A DNA stretch of 64,000 bases from Takakia lepidozioides (lineage: Eukaryota; Plantae; Bryophyta), in assembly GCA_030704615.1 (NCBI GenBank), contig CM060731.1, positions 75,392,001 to 75,456,000 of the forward strand, given 5' to 3'. Positions 38,471 through 50,400 of this stretch are shown one piece after another. Positions within the stretch are counted from its first letter, which is position 1. Every line of letters starts with the position of its first letter. The position numbers and the translations under genes were made by a program. The notes under the pieces were generated by a model. It did not search any database, was not told where the DNA came from, and was given only the letters and a program-made list of their open reading frames with translations.

Positions 38471-38989
38471 ATCAGGATTAGATCTTGCTTGGGCGGGCTT
38501 CTATTCTTCCCCTCCATCTCTGTACTATTTTCATTACCTTGTACTCGTAGTTGCCAAAGCCTCTCTTGGTGCAGGCCAGTCAGTCCGGGGTTTTGGGCTG
38601 GGATATTCTGTAGGATCAGCATTGCAGCTGGATTTTGGTGTGGGGGTGTTGATGTTTTGATTTCTTGTGTTTGGATCCCCCCCAACACCTGCATGCTTGA
38701 CTGTGCGCCATGTTGGTTTCGTGTGGGCGCTTGCTTTCATAGGGATTAGGCCGGATTTGATCACCGGTCAATCCTAGAGTATGCTGTCGGTGGTGAGGCT
38801 GGAGTGATGACCAGCAAGACCACCAGTGTTTCTTCTATGGTGAGGCTGGGTTGATGACCAGCCAACCATAGGAGTTCTTGCGGTGGATGCAGGTGCAGGT
38901 GCCCTGAGCCATTGGGATATGACCCTTAGACTGCAACAGGTGCCCACCCGTGTCACTATTAGATTAGTACTAGAGCCTTATAGTGTCAA

Positions 38990-40590
38990 GTGGAGGAGGT
39001 GCACATTGTGAGTGTCATTACGGAGTTACCCAAGGGTTTTGAGGGGAGTACGGCTACTGGCAGTAACAGTGAGAGTGGGTTCACAAGACGAGGTATTCGG
39101 TTCAGACCACCTTCACCGCCACCCTCAATTACTGTAGAGTCAGACACAGACTCGGAGGCTTCATCAACAGGTGTGCACTTTCATTCGCCATTGTTGTGGG
39201 ACGACATGGAGGAGATGTATGGAGCTACCAAGGGGCCTCGTAGGTACTCTGGAGCTGTGGGCACAATCGAGTTGGATGACTTTATCTAGGAGTTCGACAG
39301 CTGGTGTGATTTGCAGTAGATGCGCAATCCACAGCTATTCACCCCATTCATGGCGTGGAAGGGACTGTTCCAACATTTGGAAGGCCCGCCTATGGACGAT
39401 TACCACGAGTTCAGGCGAGGACATGAAGCAGAGATTGAGGAGTGGAGGATGTATTGGTCACCTGACTACGTCTCCATTACTCGAGGCACGACGCGACCAG
39501 TAGCTGCATCAGTACCAATAGCTCCCACTGCCAGCACTAGTAGTGGAGCAAGTAGTGCTGGTACTTCTGCAGGTGGTACCAGTTCAAAAGGTGCTACTAC
39601 TCCTCCTGCCACGACTACAACACATGTGCCTAGATTCAACCCGGTGGTGGAGTTCTTCCAGGAGTTGCGGAGGAACTACCAAGGTGTACGGACAGAGAAG
39701 CTGCGAAGTTTGCAAGACTTCCAGCGCAAACCCAGTGAGAGCCTGCGAGAGGCGTACACTCGTATGAGGCGCTTGATAAGTGTGACCCAAGGGGTTACTG
39801 AAGCTCAGGCAATCCAGTTTTGGTATGGAATTTTGGACAAGGAGCTCAAGAGAAGGGTGCGAGATGCAACCCTGTTACAAGCAGCCCAACCCACATTAGC
39901 AGATGTGTTTCTGCTGGCTGAGCGGATTGAGCTCAACATGGTGGAGGAGCGAGTTGTTACAATTGGATTTGGCAAGGACATGCCTGCACGGGGCACAGCT
40001 ATCAGCCCACAAGCACAAGGGACTGCCCAACAGCGTGGTCAGGGGGGCAAGGTTGCCCAGCCCAAGTTCTATGGAGCTTATAGGGGACCTCAGGTGCAGA
40101 GGCCCATGGCATCTTTTGCAGGCCAACAGCAACCAGGGGTGATATGTTGGACATGTGGAGGACCCCATGTCAAGAGAGATTGCCCAGAAGTGGCAGAAGG
40201 CCGGCACAAGCACAGCCTGCACAGTTGCAGTGTGGGCATTGTGGCAAGTATGGGCATGGAGATGTCCAGTGTTATGACTTGCATCCCGAGTTGCGCCCAG
40301 GCCAGTTCCAAGGGAACAATGGTGGTCGGGGGCAAGGTGGACCAGCCCAGAGAGGACGAGGTGGTCGGGCACGAGGTGCAGGCCAAGGGCAAGCTCAACA
40401 TGGCCAAGGACGCGGAGGTCAGGGTGTTGACCAAGGCATGGCCAACCGGCTTCAGCAGCTAGAGCAGAGGCTCGCTGCCATGGCTACAGCTCAGGCGGTA
40501 CCGGCTCCCAGGCGGGATGGTCCACCTCCTGCTCCGAGGGAGGAGATATGGGAGGCATGGGATTTATGTGCGGAGCAGCACTACCACTAG
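38990..40590 (+). pseudogene. Gag (capsid plus two CCHC zinc knuckles) with stops and a frameshift
   Basis: FQRKPSESLREAYTRM (major homology region), CWTCGGPHVKRDC and CGHCGKYGHGDVQC. TAG stops at 39287 and 39317. Confidence 0.88.
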
Positions 40591-43500
40591 AGCAGGTGGA
40601 GTCTGCTGCAGCCGTGACTCGAGGAGCAGCACGAGTTCCTGAGCCACAAGGTGCAGAGGTGGAATTGGATCCACAGCGTGGGGAGGCAAGCCGTCAGGCA
40701 AGGCTTCCTCAGTCATTCACATTGGCGGAGACTGTGTCGACGCCATCCATGGCACCTAGTTCTCGCCCGACTGTTACCGAGGCGGAGGTTACTATGCCAT
40801 TGGGGAGAGCTACACGTGTAGCATTGACTCCTGCTGCCAAGGCTAGTGCGGCCGATGTGTTATTGGGGGCAGCCACCTCTGTGTGTCAGGCCCCACTGTT
40901 CTCGGCAACAATGATTGCGACGTCGGGGGTGAGACCAGCTGCAGTGTTCAGACTAGCAGCAACACTCTGTGAAAGTGGGGAGGTCACTTCATCTTCTGCG
41001 GAGTTAGTGGAAGGTGTAGTGGCAGAGGGATCCTCGGATTTGAGGGTCAAGACTGCCACGGCTGCGCCATGGCAAGCTGCAGCTGCCAGGTTGACAGAGC
41101 TGCCAGCTAGGCCAGCCTTTGAGCGCGCCACGGTGACACCTGGAGTTGTCTTGTTAGACAACCAGAGAGGCATTTTCACTTTGAGTGGACCGGCAGGCAA
41201 GAAGTACCGGCCATTTCGGGTCTTGTTGGACTCGGGAGCTCAGCCACTGATGTTGGGCAGAGCTGCTATTGCAGGTTTGGGCCTCATGGAGGCGGATATG
41301 GAGCCTTGTCCTTTCCAGATACAGACATCTCTGGGAGGATCAGAGCAGGCTCGGGGCATGACACGGCATCAGTTGGCCATTAGACTGCAGCCGGATCATC
41401 CTAGAGATGGCTCAGTGATGCGAGCCAAGGCCATTGTGACAGACGCGGTCTCTTACGATGTCCTTGTTGGTGGGGCAGTGTTATACCCCATGGGCTTCAC
41501 CCTGGACTTTTGGGAGGAGTCAGCATCCTACAGGCCTGGATGGCAGTCAGGCGATGGTCGTCGTGCACAGCTCCCTGTGACATTCATTGGGGGTATAGCA
41601 GCTGCCCAGCGGGGCAAGATGCCAACACTAGCCGCCTTTACAGCTGCAGTTAGTTGGCCTGGAGAGTTGCTGGAAGGCAATGCCCATGCAGAAGATGTGC
41701 CACCTCCAGCAGAGCAGGATGACATACATGGTATGGCGGAGTTGCCTGCCATGGTTGCTCACACTCCATTGTGGGATACGAGCAAGGATTTGCAGCAGGT
41801 TGCTGATCGACGGGTGCAACAAGCCTGGGTAGAGGCTTTTGTACCGTCAGGAGAGGAGGAGAATGCGGGTATTGCACCAGGACCACCTCAGTTGTCACCA
41901 TTGGATACCACACCTATTGTGTGGCAGTATTCGGATAAAGACATTTGCCTTCTGGACTTGTTTGGCGGGATCAGCACTGGATTGGCTGCTGTGCTACAGG
42001 CAGGTGTGCGGGTAAGGCGTTACCTGTATGTGGAGAGGGATGAGACTGCATGACGCGTCTCACTGCGCCATGTTGCTCAGTTGGTACAGCAGTACCCTGC
42101 TTTGTTGCCAGTGTCTGCAGTTCGTGGATACCAACAAGCCTTGCCAGCAGACATTTCGTTGCTGGGGGCGCCGGATTTGGAGCAGGTTGGCTCCATTGAT
42201 CTGGTAGTGGCAGGTTGGCCCTGCCAAGGGCATTCATCAGCCGGGCATGGCAATGGATTGCGAGACTCGAGGACGGGTCTGTTTTTGGAGATGGTGCGGG
42301 TTTTGTGCCACTTGCAGCTTTATCAAGCTGTATCTCCAGCATACATCTTGGAGAATATGCCACTGATGGGTGATTCTCGGGCCAGGGTGATGGCCAGTGT
42401 GCATCAAGTCCGGTCGTGGCTTGGGTCAGCAGTGTTGCTGGATGCAGCTGCAGTGGGATCACGGGCTCATCGTCCACGGCTTTGGTGGACTAACTTGATG
42501 CCACCCGCACTGCTTAAGCGTGCATTTGATGGGGTGCAACGGCCACCACACCTCACCGTGGATGGCATTTTGGACACAGGGAGGCAGTCTCAACGTGTGA
42601 GACACGATGACCGTTCGCCTTTGGCAGTGGTCAACAGGGTGGGTCAACCACGAGCAGCATTACCTACACTCCTCAGCTTCCCAGGATCACATGCTTTTCG
42701 GGATGGTAAACCTGGCCTCCTGTGGGGTGCTCAGTTGCAGCAGTTAGTGGAGCCTAATGCTGACGAGCGAGAGCGGGCTATGGGGTTTTCCACTGGGACC
42801 ACGGCGGTGCCTTCTCTTTCTGAGGCATCACGACGTCAGGTGTTGGGGCAAGCAATGGATCTCAATTGCTTGACCTGGATTATCAGCTTGGCTATGGCTG
42901 AGCAACGTAGAGTGCGGAGTGCACTCCCCTTCATGGTCTCTCTGCCTACCGAGACGGTACAGGCAGCGAGTGGGGGCGAGCCGGTGAGGACCACGGGGTG
43001 TAGACATCCATGGCACACGTGGGAGGTGCTCGAGGTTCAGAGGGAGTTGGCAGCCAAGGCAGCTGTGATGGATGAGGTTGGGGATTCTTCTCGGGTTGAG
43101 GAGGTTCTCAATGATGAGATGATGGGGCAGGATGAGGCCTTGTCATTGACTGAGCAGGAAGGGGGTACTGCTCAAGAGGTTGCAGCATAGCAACCACGGG
43201 ACGCGTCCTCTACCTCTAAGCCCACTGGACTTAAGGTTGCAGTTACGGAGGACAATTAGGAGCCTGACATTGGACCCATTGTCACCGGAGGAGAGAGACG
43301 ACGTATACGGCGGTTCCTGAGGGCTTACAGGAATTGCTTTGCCTTCAGTTTGAAGGACTTGGGAGCACTGAAGGGTCAAGAGATCCGTATTGAGTTGGCC
43401 ACTGACACGCCAATCTTTCGGAGACCCTATAGATACAGTGACATGGAGAGGTCTTTGATTCAGATGAGGACTCAAGATCTCTGGAAGGCAGGTTTGGTGG

Positions 43501-46324
43501 AGCTCTCTGGTGGAGAGTATGCTTCAGCCACAGTGATGCCAGCTAAGAAGGATGTCTACGGCAATTGGACGGAGAGACGTATGTGCGGTGATTACCGGCC
43601 TGTAAATCGTCAGACCAAGTCCGATAGGTATGCCATGCCAACACCAGAGGAGATCTTTGATGCCATTGGGCATTCCAAGGTCTTTAGCACGTTGGATTTA
43701 CGATCCGGATATCACCAGTTGCCGATCAAGGAGGCGGATAAGCAAAAGACGGCATTCTGGGGGATCAATGAGCACGGGAAGGATTGTCTATACTAGTGGC
43801 GGTTCTTACCATTTGGGCTTAAAAACGCTCCCGCTGAGTTTCAAAGAGTCATGGACAGGATTCTAGCAGGGGTGGAGTTTGCTCGGTGCTACATAGATGA
43901 CATCATCATCTTTAGTGCTACGGTGGAGGAGCATGAGAGACACCTTCAGGGGGTATTTGAGCGCTTAAGGACGCACGGATTGAAGTTACATCCGGGCAAG
44001 TGCAAGTTTTTCCACAACCAGATTGAGTATCTGGGTCACATGATATATCCTGGAGGATTGGGGGTACAACAGACTAAGGTAGAGTCCATTGCACAGGTTC
44101 CACGCCCCACGGATGTGAGCCGAGTTCGAGCTTTCATGGGGTTAGCAAACTATTATAGACGGTTTGTTAAGGGATTTAGTGCCATTGCAAAGGCTCTAAC
44201 CAAGCTGACCAAGGTGGACTAGGAGTGGCAGTGGGAAGATGAGCAAGAACAAGCTTTTCAAGAGCTCAAGGCGAGGTTGACCTCGGCGCCCATCTTGAGA
44301 CGACCTATCGGGGGGCGTCTTTTTCAGCTGCATACAGATTGGAGCATGCTGGGGCTTGGAGCAGTGCTCACACAGGTGGATGATGAGGGGAGAGAGTTCG
44401 TAGTGGCTTATGCTAGCCGCTCGAACAATGCTGCAGAGTCTAAGTATAGCTCATATGAGGGAGAATGCTTAGCTGCAGTGTGGGCCGTGGCACACTTTAG
44501 GTGCTATCTATACGGCAATCTCTTCACCCTTGTCACGGATCACCAACCACTCAAGTGGTTGATGGAGTCAGACAAGCTTACGGGGAAGCTTGCACGGTGG
44601 GCACTCATCCTTCAAGAGTATGACTTTCAGGTGGTGCATCGATCGGGTTTGGTCAATCGCAATGCAGATGGGTTGAGTCGCAATCCATGCACGAGCCAAC
44701 AGGATGACACTGGAGCTCGGTGGCATGGTGAGACGGACGAGGAGATGGTGCCCGGATGGCATGCATCTGCATTTCTGTGTATCTTGGCAGCGGAAGGCCA
44801 GGTTGGACCTGCAACTGGGATGACTGTGGATCAAGTGTCTGGGACCCTGAGGCCAGCAATGAGCAAGGTGGCGCCAAAGATATACATGAGGATTCAGTTG
44901 TGTTGGACTACCTCCGCACTGGAGACACGGTAGCCACTGTGACTGCCAAGGAGAGGGATCGGATCCTACAACGAGCCAAGAGGTTCAGGTGGGAGGGGAC
45001 ACACCTGCTCCGAGTGTGGGAGGATGGTCGAGTGAGGATTGTGCTTCACCCAACACAGCGGGCACGGTTAGTGCGGCATGCCCATGAGGAGTTGGGGCAT
45101 TTTGGGGTGCGACGCACTCATAGTCTACTGCAGGGGCAGTATTGGTGGCGTGGTATGCACACAGAGGTGCAACAATTTGTGGCTAGGTGCATGGTGTGTG
45201 ACAGGGTGCGTGCTTCATTCAACGCCCCTACTCCACAATTGCACCCTCTTCCGATCATGGGATTGGGCTACAGGTGGAGTCTTGACTTCACAAGGCCGTT
45301 GCCACTGACCATGCGCCACAACAAGTACGTGTTGGTGATGGTGGAGCACTTCTCCAAGTGGATTGAATTGGTTCCATTGCCTGATAAGGCTAGTGAGGGA
45401 GCTGCGTATGCATTCCTGGATTGTGTGCTTAGCCGATTCGGTGCTCCAGCTGAGGTACTCACGGACCAAGGGAGAGAGTTCTTGGGGGAGTTTCAGGCTT
45501 TGTGTGACAAGGCCTTGATAGACCACCGCACCACTTCTCGGGATCATCCTGAGGCCGATGGCTTGGCAGAGAGAGTTGTTCAGACAGTAAAGAGGGGTTT
45601 GCGCAAGTATGGCTTGCAGAAGGGACACCTAGGAGATTGGGACCTTCAGTTACCCTGGTTAGCCATGGGCTACAGGTTCAGCAAGCAAGCATCACTTGCC
45701 TCCTTCTCACCATACTTTCTTCTCTTTGGCCGAGAGCCGGATTTGCCTACATCCATTCGCAGAGAAGCTGCTACAGTTCTTAACCTTGACAATCCGGACG
45801 TGTGGGCACGTGCATGTGAGCAGCGTGCAGAGTTGTTCAAGAGAGTCATGCCCATGGCTTTCGAGAACCTTGCCATTGCACAACACCGTGATTCGTTGAG
45901 GTATGCTACCATACGTGGTGGGGGCTATCGTCCTGGGGTTCGGAGATTCAACCCTGGTGACTATGTCTATCTGCAGCAGACTGCTCCTACGACCCTGGAT
46001 GTGACTGCAGGACGTGTTATTTTGAGGGTTCGAGAGGTCTTGCCCTCAGGCATCTTGGTCTTGGAGGGTCGGGATGGCATAATTTGGAAGGACCATGTGC
46101 GTAATTGTGCGCCATGTCACCTTCCGAATGTCGATGGCAGGATTGACCCAAACCTGGTAGTGGTATCTGCAGGTTTGAGGTGCATGTTGTGTGGGTCTGC
46201 TAAAGGGGCAGCCACCATGCTGGTGTGCGATCGATGCTCTAGAGGTTGGCATATGGGATGCTTGACTCCACCTCTTGAGATGGTTCCGGATGGGGATTGG
46301 TTATGTCCACATTGCATTGGATAG
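40548..46324 (+). pseudogene. Pol: aspartic protease, C5 DNA methyltransferase, reverse transcriptase, RNase H, integrase, PHD finger
   Basis: VLLDSGAQ; LDLFGG/WPCQ/LENM; RMCGDYR, LDLRSGYHQ, YIDDII; LHTDWS, YEGECLA, TDHQPL; HEELGH..CMVC, SLDF/TDQG/GLAER; C4HC3. Several in-frame stops and one frameshift near 44820. Confidence 0.95.
41943..42890 (+). other. DNMT3-like cytosine-5 methyltransferase domain within Pol
   Basis: Motifs I LLDLFGGISTG, II YVERD, IV DLVVAGWPCQGHS, VI ILENM, VIII HRPRLWWTN, IX ERERAMGF and X RRQVLGQAM, in canonical order. One TGA at 42051. Confidence 0.93.
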
Positions 46325-46584
46325 TGGGAGTGGATACAACCATGGAAGGCTAACAAGAAACGCAAGGCCCAGCTACTAGGAGACCTTGAACACACGAGGT
46401 CCTGGCTCAAGTTCACAGATTGCAAGATGACGACTAACGATGGGGCTACTCTTGTACCCGGCCTCTTGGTCTATAGAGTTTGAGTACAATAGGGACAGTG
46501 ATAGAGGACTTAGTACGGCTGTGGCTATTACATCTTGTAGCTATCTGGAGGTAGAGGGACCTATCCACCAGCTAGGGGGGCGAT

Positions 46585-47027
46585 TGTGGCAGACTACTTT
46601 ATTGTGCATATATGTGTGGTGTGGTTTGGACAGCAATGTAGTTGTGTAGCGATATGTATGCGCACGACAGCTGTCAAGTTAAATAAGCACAGTGTGAAAA
46701 CAGCTAGAATAAAACTAGTTATTTGTATTTAACACTTGGATTTAGGTCAAGTGTTAAATCAGGTGTCAAGTTTAGTTTGACACCTGGTCCGTCTTATCTT
46801 CACGAGAGCGGCAGTCGCGCAGCTCATCTCTCTCGAGTTGAGCCTGCGCGACCGAGCTCCTGCATCGTTTAGGTTTGAGTGTGCTTATGTAGGGGTACAG
46901 GTTGTTGTGGGGTGGAGTCCCCATAGCTTGGGGTGCCCCTGGCTCGACTTCTGTTTCAATGAGTGATAGCGATGGATTTCATATTTCTTGTGTTGGGAGT
47001 GTGTGTCCTTTTTAGCTTTGTTTATCA
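46585..47027 (+). repeat. Complete mechanistic LTR (block B 46585-46669 + GC + block A 46672-47027), preceded by a short polypurine tract
   Basis: AGGGGGG at 46574-46580 is followed by CGAT and TGTGGC; the unit ends TTATCA. Confidence 0.88.
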
Positions 47028-47028
47028 T

Positions 47029-47113
47029 TGTGGCAGACTACTTTATTGTGCATATATGTGTGGTGTGGTTTGGACAGCAATGTAGTTGTGTAGCGATATG
47101 TATGCGCACGACA
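47029..47113 (+). repeat. Terminal repeat block B, copy 2 (85 bp)
   Basis: Identical by eye to 46585-46669. Confidence 0.97.
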
Positions 47114-47117
47114 GTCT

Positions 47118-47431
47118 CATCCGATGTAATTCGAGATAGAAAAAATATCAATTACAAAAAAGTCCTTGTTGAGTGGTGGAGATCAAGGAAGGGAGGAAAT
47201 CCATCTGATTTGAAAAGGTACAAGGATTATTGGACAAAGACCTGGGAATTCAACCCCAATGATACTCCGCAGTGGATTCATGTCAATACCATTGCTTGGA
47301 CCATGCCCGCGAGAAAGAATACCACAAGATCAAGTACAAAACGAATAAGTGTTAAAGAGGCGGAGAAGACGAAAGCTAATATCGATGAAGCGAATCTCCA
47401 AACCGATGCGGATGCAAGTTCTTTGGGGTAA
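47118..47431 (+). pseudogene. 3' end of the Sola-like transposase gene
   Basis: SSDVIRDRKNINYKKVLVEWWRSRK continues in frame from FVLVRPKDPYTYPVWLGMV once the Gypsy and one TSD copy are removed. Confidence 0.8.
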
Positions 47432-50400
47432 TTATGTCAATCAATCTTAAGACATTGACCAATGTGATGTAAGATGTCATATTAACAATGACAGTGCGTC
47501 AGCGTCATCTCATTGAAAATTTGGTTTGGATAGTATGATTCATAACTTTGTCAAAAAAATATTTTTGACATTAGATTCAAGTCTACTTATATTTTATTGG
47601 TTGTTCAACTTTGGGGGTATGTTCTACATACTCACTTACATGTTATGACAAAGTATGACACATAACAAAAATTGTTCAAAAGTTGAATAGATTGTTCGTC
47701 ATCTAAATATATTTGTTTTGTTTGGAACTTTGTGAATATGTTCTGCATGGATATTTATGTTTTATGGTCAAGTATGTGATTTTAAATTTTTTGTTCAAAG
47801 ATGTGTAGATTTGATACCATATCGTTTGTTGAGTAAGACTTCTATATGTTGGCAATGTTTGTCAAGAATAGATGAGTCATGTGTTATATTAACAGTTGAT
47901 CAATTGTAGGAACAATAAGACTCTACTAGCTTCATACTATTGATATAAATTAGGTCGTCATTATGTGTAGGTTTGTATGTGTAGGTTTGGTTGCTAAGGG
48001 TGTGTTGAATACACGACTTCGAACTAGGGTCCAAAGTGACAATAAGCACCCTTACTTAATAGTTTATGCATATGTAGGTGGTGATTGTGTGTGGATTAGA
48101 TTGAGCACTAAGGGTGTTGACAACGTGTGTCAAGAATACACTCACAAAAATGTGTGTTTACTAGTTAATTGCAATAAAAACTTGCTAGCTTAATATGCAT
48201 ATTTAGGTGGTTATTGTGTGTGGACTAAATTGAGCACTAAGGGTGTTGACAATGTGTGTCAAGATACACTCACAAAAAAGTACGTTAACTAGTTAATTGT
48301 AGGAACAATAAATTTAACTTGCTAGCTTAATATGTATCAATGTGCACGGGTTAGGTTGCTAAAGGTGTTGACAATGCCTATCAATAACACACTCATGTCT
48401 TAATTATATTTCATAGAGGTCATAACAAAAGAGCTTATTATTAGTGGGCATATTTAGTTGGACCTCATTGTGTGTAGGTTTAATAGCAAAAACTTTGGGG
48501 TAGTACAATAAATTAGGATGTTTGATTGAAAGTTTTATAGGTTCTATACGCACTTGCATTTTTTTTTCCATTGACATTTATGCTTATCATAAACCCTATA
48601 CCGTAGAAGCTCATATCCATGTTTGAAGCTCATTGAAAAAAACCAAAGTTTCTTGCTTTGGGATACAGTAGATTGATTGGGATATTTGAATAATAGTTCC
48701 TATCGACATGTCACGAATAGTTACAAGAAGACGGAGCACACAAGCAATATCATCGATTTGTCTTCTGATGTCGATTAATACTCTAACAAATTTGAGTATT
48801 TGGAAAGATGTCTCATGGTGTTGAAGCTTTTGGTATATTGAATCTGGTATCAATCTGTCTGATGACTGCTGCTAGCTAGCCATGTTTATTGGATTCCAAA
48901 CGAGTATAGCCGTAAAAAGGCAAGGTTGGTAAGTTTGTTGTAGCAAGAACTTTGTCCATTACTAGGATAGTATACCCCAAAATCCTCATATCCATGTTTG
49001 AAGCTCATTACAAAAACAACTTCTATATGATACAATCATAGTTGTGACATTTAATTGAATGATTCTATAGGTCCTAAACACTCTTCCATAAATTTTAGTT
49101 CTTGTGGATTTTTTGCTTAGTACCGTAAACCCTTTTACCCCAAAAACCACGTTCTAATGTTGAAGCTCATTCAAATTTGTTTTCTCGAGCTTTGGGGTAG
49201 AATAGAGTATATTAGAGTCACGGTTGAGATCCTCAATTGATTATTTTTATACTCTATCCCAAATCTGTTTTTCATCCAAGTAGCTTTTGAAGACCTAAAC
49301 GAGGGTAGTATATCCTAAAACTTAATCCAAATGTTTCAAGCGTATCAATTAAATTTAGTTTTCAGCTTAGATGTAGGATATAACTTTGGGTAGTACAATA
49401 GATTGGTTGGGATATTGATTGAAAGTATTTATAGGTTAAATACAAACTTGCATATATATTTTTCGTTGACATTAAATGTTTATCATAAATCATATCAGTA
49501 GTAGCTTATATCCATGTTTGAAGCTCATTGAAGAAAAACAATTCTTGCTTTTGGATACAATAGATTGATTGGGATATTTGATTGATAGTTCCTATCGGCA
49601 TGTGAATAATTTTTTGTCATCGACACTTTTTCTTGTTCTAAATCCTATATCTGCTTGCTAAGTGTTTGATTCAATAAAATTACAATTTAATGATCAAACT
49701 TGTCAATATTGACACTTTGACTCGAACTATAACATCAACCATGTTACAAATACAATGATAACTCAATTGTATCAGGCTAGACCCCGTTGACAATTAAATT
49801 GACTATAACTAATATGTCATCCAAATTTGTATAATGATAACTTCTTAAAAGTCTTGCTACATTTAACTCTCAATAATCAACAGTTTTTTAAGCCCTTTGA
49901 TTTTGTTTCTAAGTTAAATGATTAAATATGATTAGATATATTTGTTTTTAAACATTATTTATTGATTGATTTAATTTAATTCAAATTTTGTCGTATATCA
50001 AGTTTGGTCTGGATTTAAGCGAAAAGTCCGGATTTAATTAAAATGGTGTTATAGTCTGGAATTGACAAAGGAAATACCCGTGCAATACCCATATTATGGG
50101 AAAAAACAAGGACTATACACATGGTATAGATATGAAGTTGGGCTAGGGTCAAGGCATGTCCAACCAAAGGGTGCAACAGAACATTTACTTTGTGAAGTAT
50201 GTTTCTAAATTAAAGCCATATTAAAGATTTGGTGGTTATTTTAATTTTAATTATTTATATCCGGATTTATAACCGGTTGGTATTATGATTGGAATACCCG
50301 TCCTATTGATACCCTTCCACAAATAAATAATCATACTACTATTGAGAATCGGCGGATATTAGAATTAAGTAAATATTCCAATACTATGGAACCGGCTAGT

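Larger units (their letters stand above)
35148..47113 (+). mobile_element. Ty3/Gypsy LTR retrotransposon with C5-MTase and PHD finger; permuted terminal repeats A-internal-B-A-B
   Basis: TGTC...GACA ends and a 4-bp TSD GTCT (35144-35147, 47114-47117). Domain order gag-PR-MTase-RT-RH-INT-PHD. Removing the element restores the host reading frame WLGMV/SSDVIRDRK. Confidence 0.95.
13389..50050. mobile_element. Giant Sola-like DNA transposon (36.7 kb; ~24.7 kb without the nested Gypsy)
   Basis: 27-bp TIRs AACACCATTTTAA(C/T)TAAATCCGGACTT with 26/27 identity (13389-13415, 50024-50050). 4-bp TSD ATAG on both sides. Contains a DDD-type transposase gene. Confidence 0.85.

Noticed and set aside
35148-47113. 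DIRS/Ngaro element suggested by the split direct repeats
   Set aside because: No tyrosine recombinase was seen. A DDE integrase, protease, polypurine tract and 4-bp TSD are present.
13391-50048. CACTA/CMC assignment from CACC...GGTG ends
   Set aside because: Complementarity extends two more bases (AAC...GTT) and only then gives a 4-bp TSD. The catalytic motifs are not those of TnpD.
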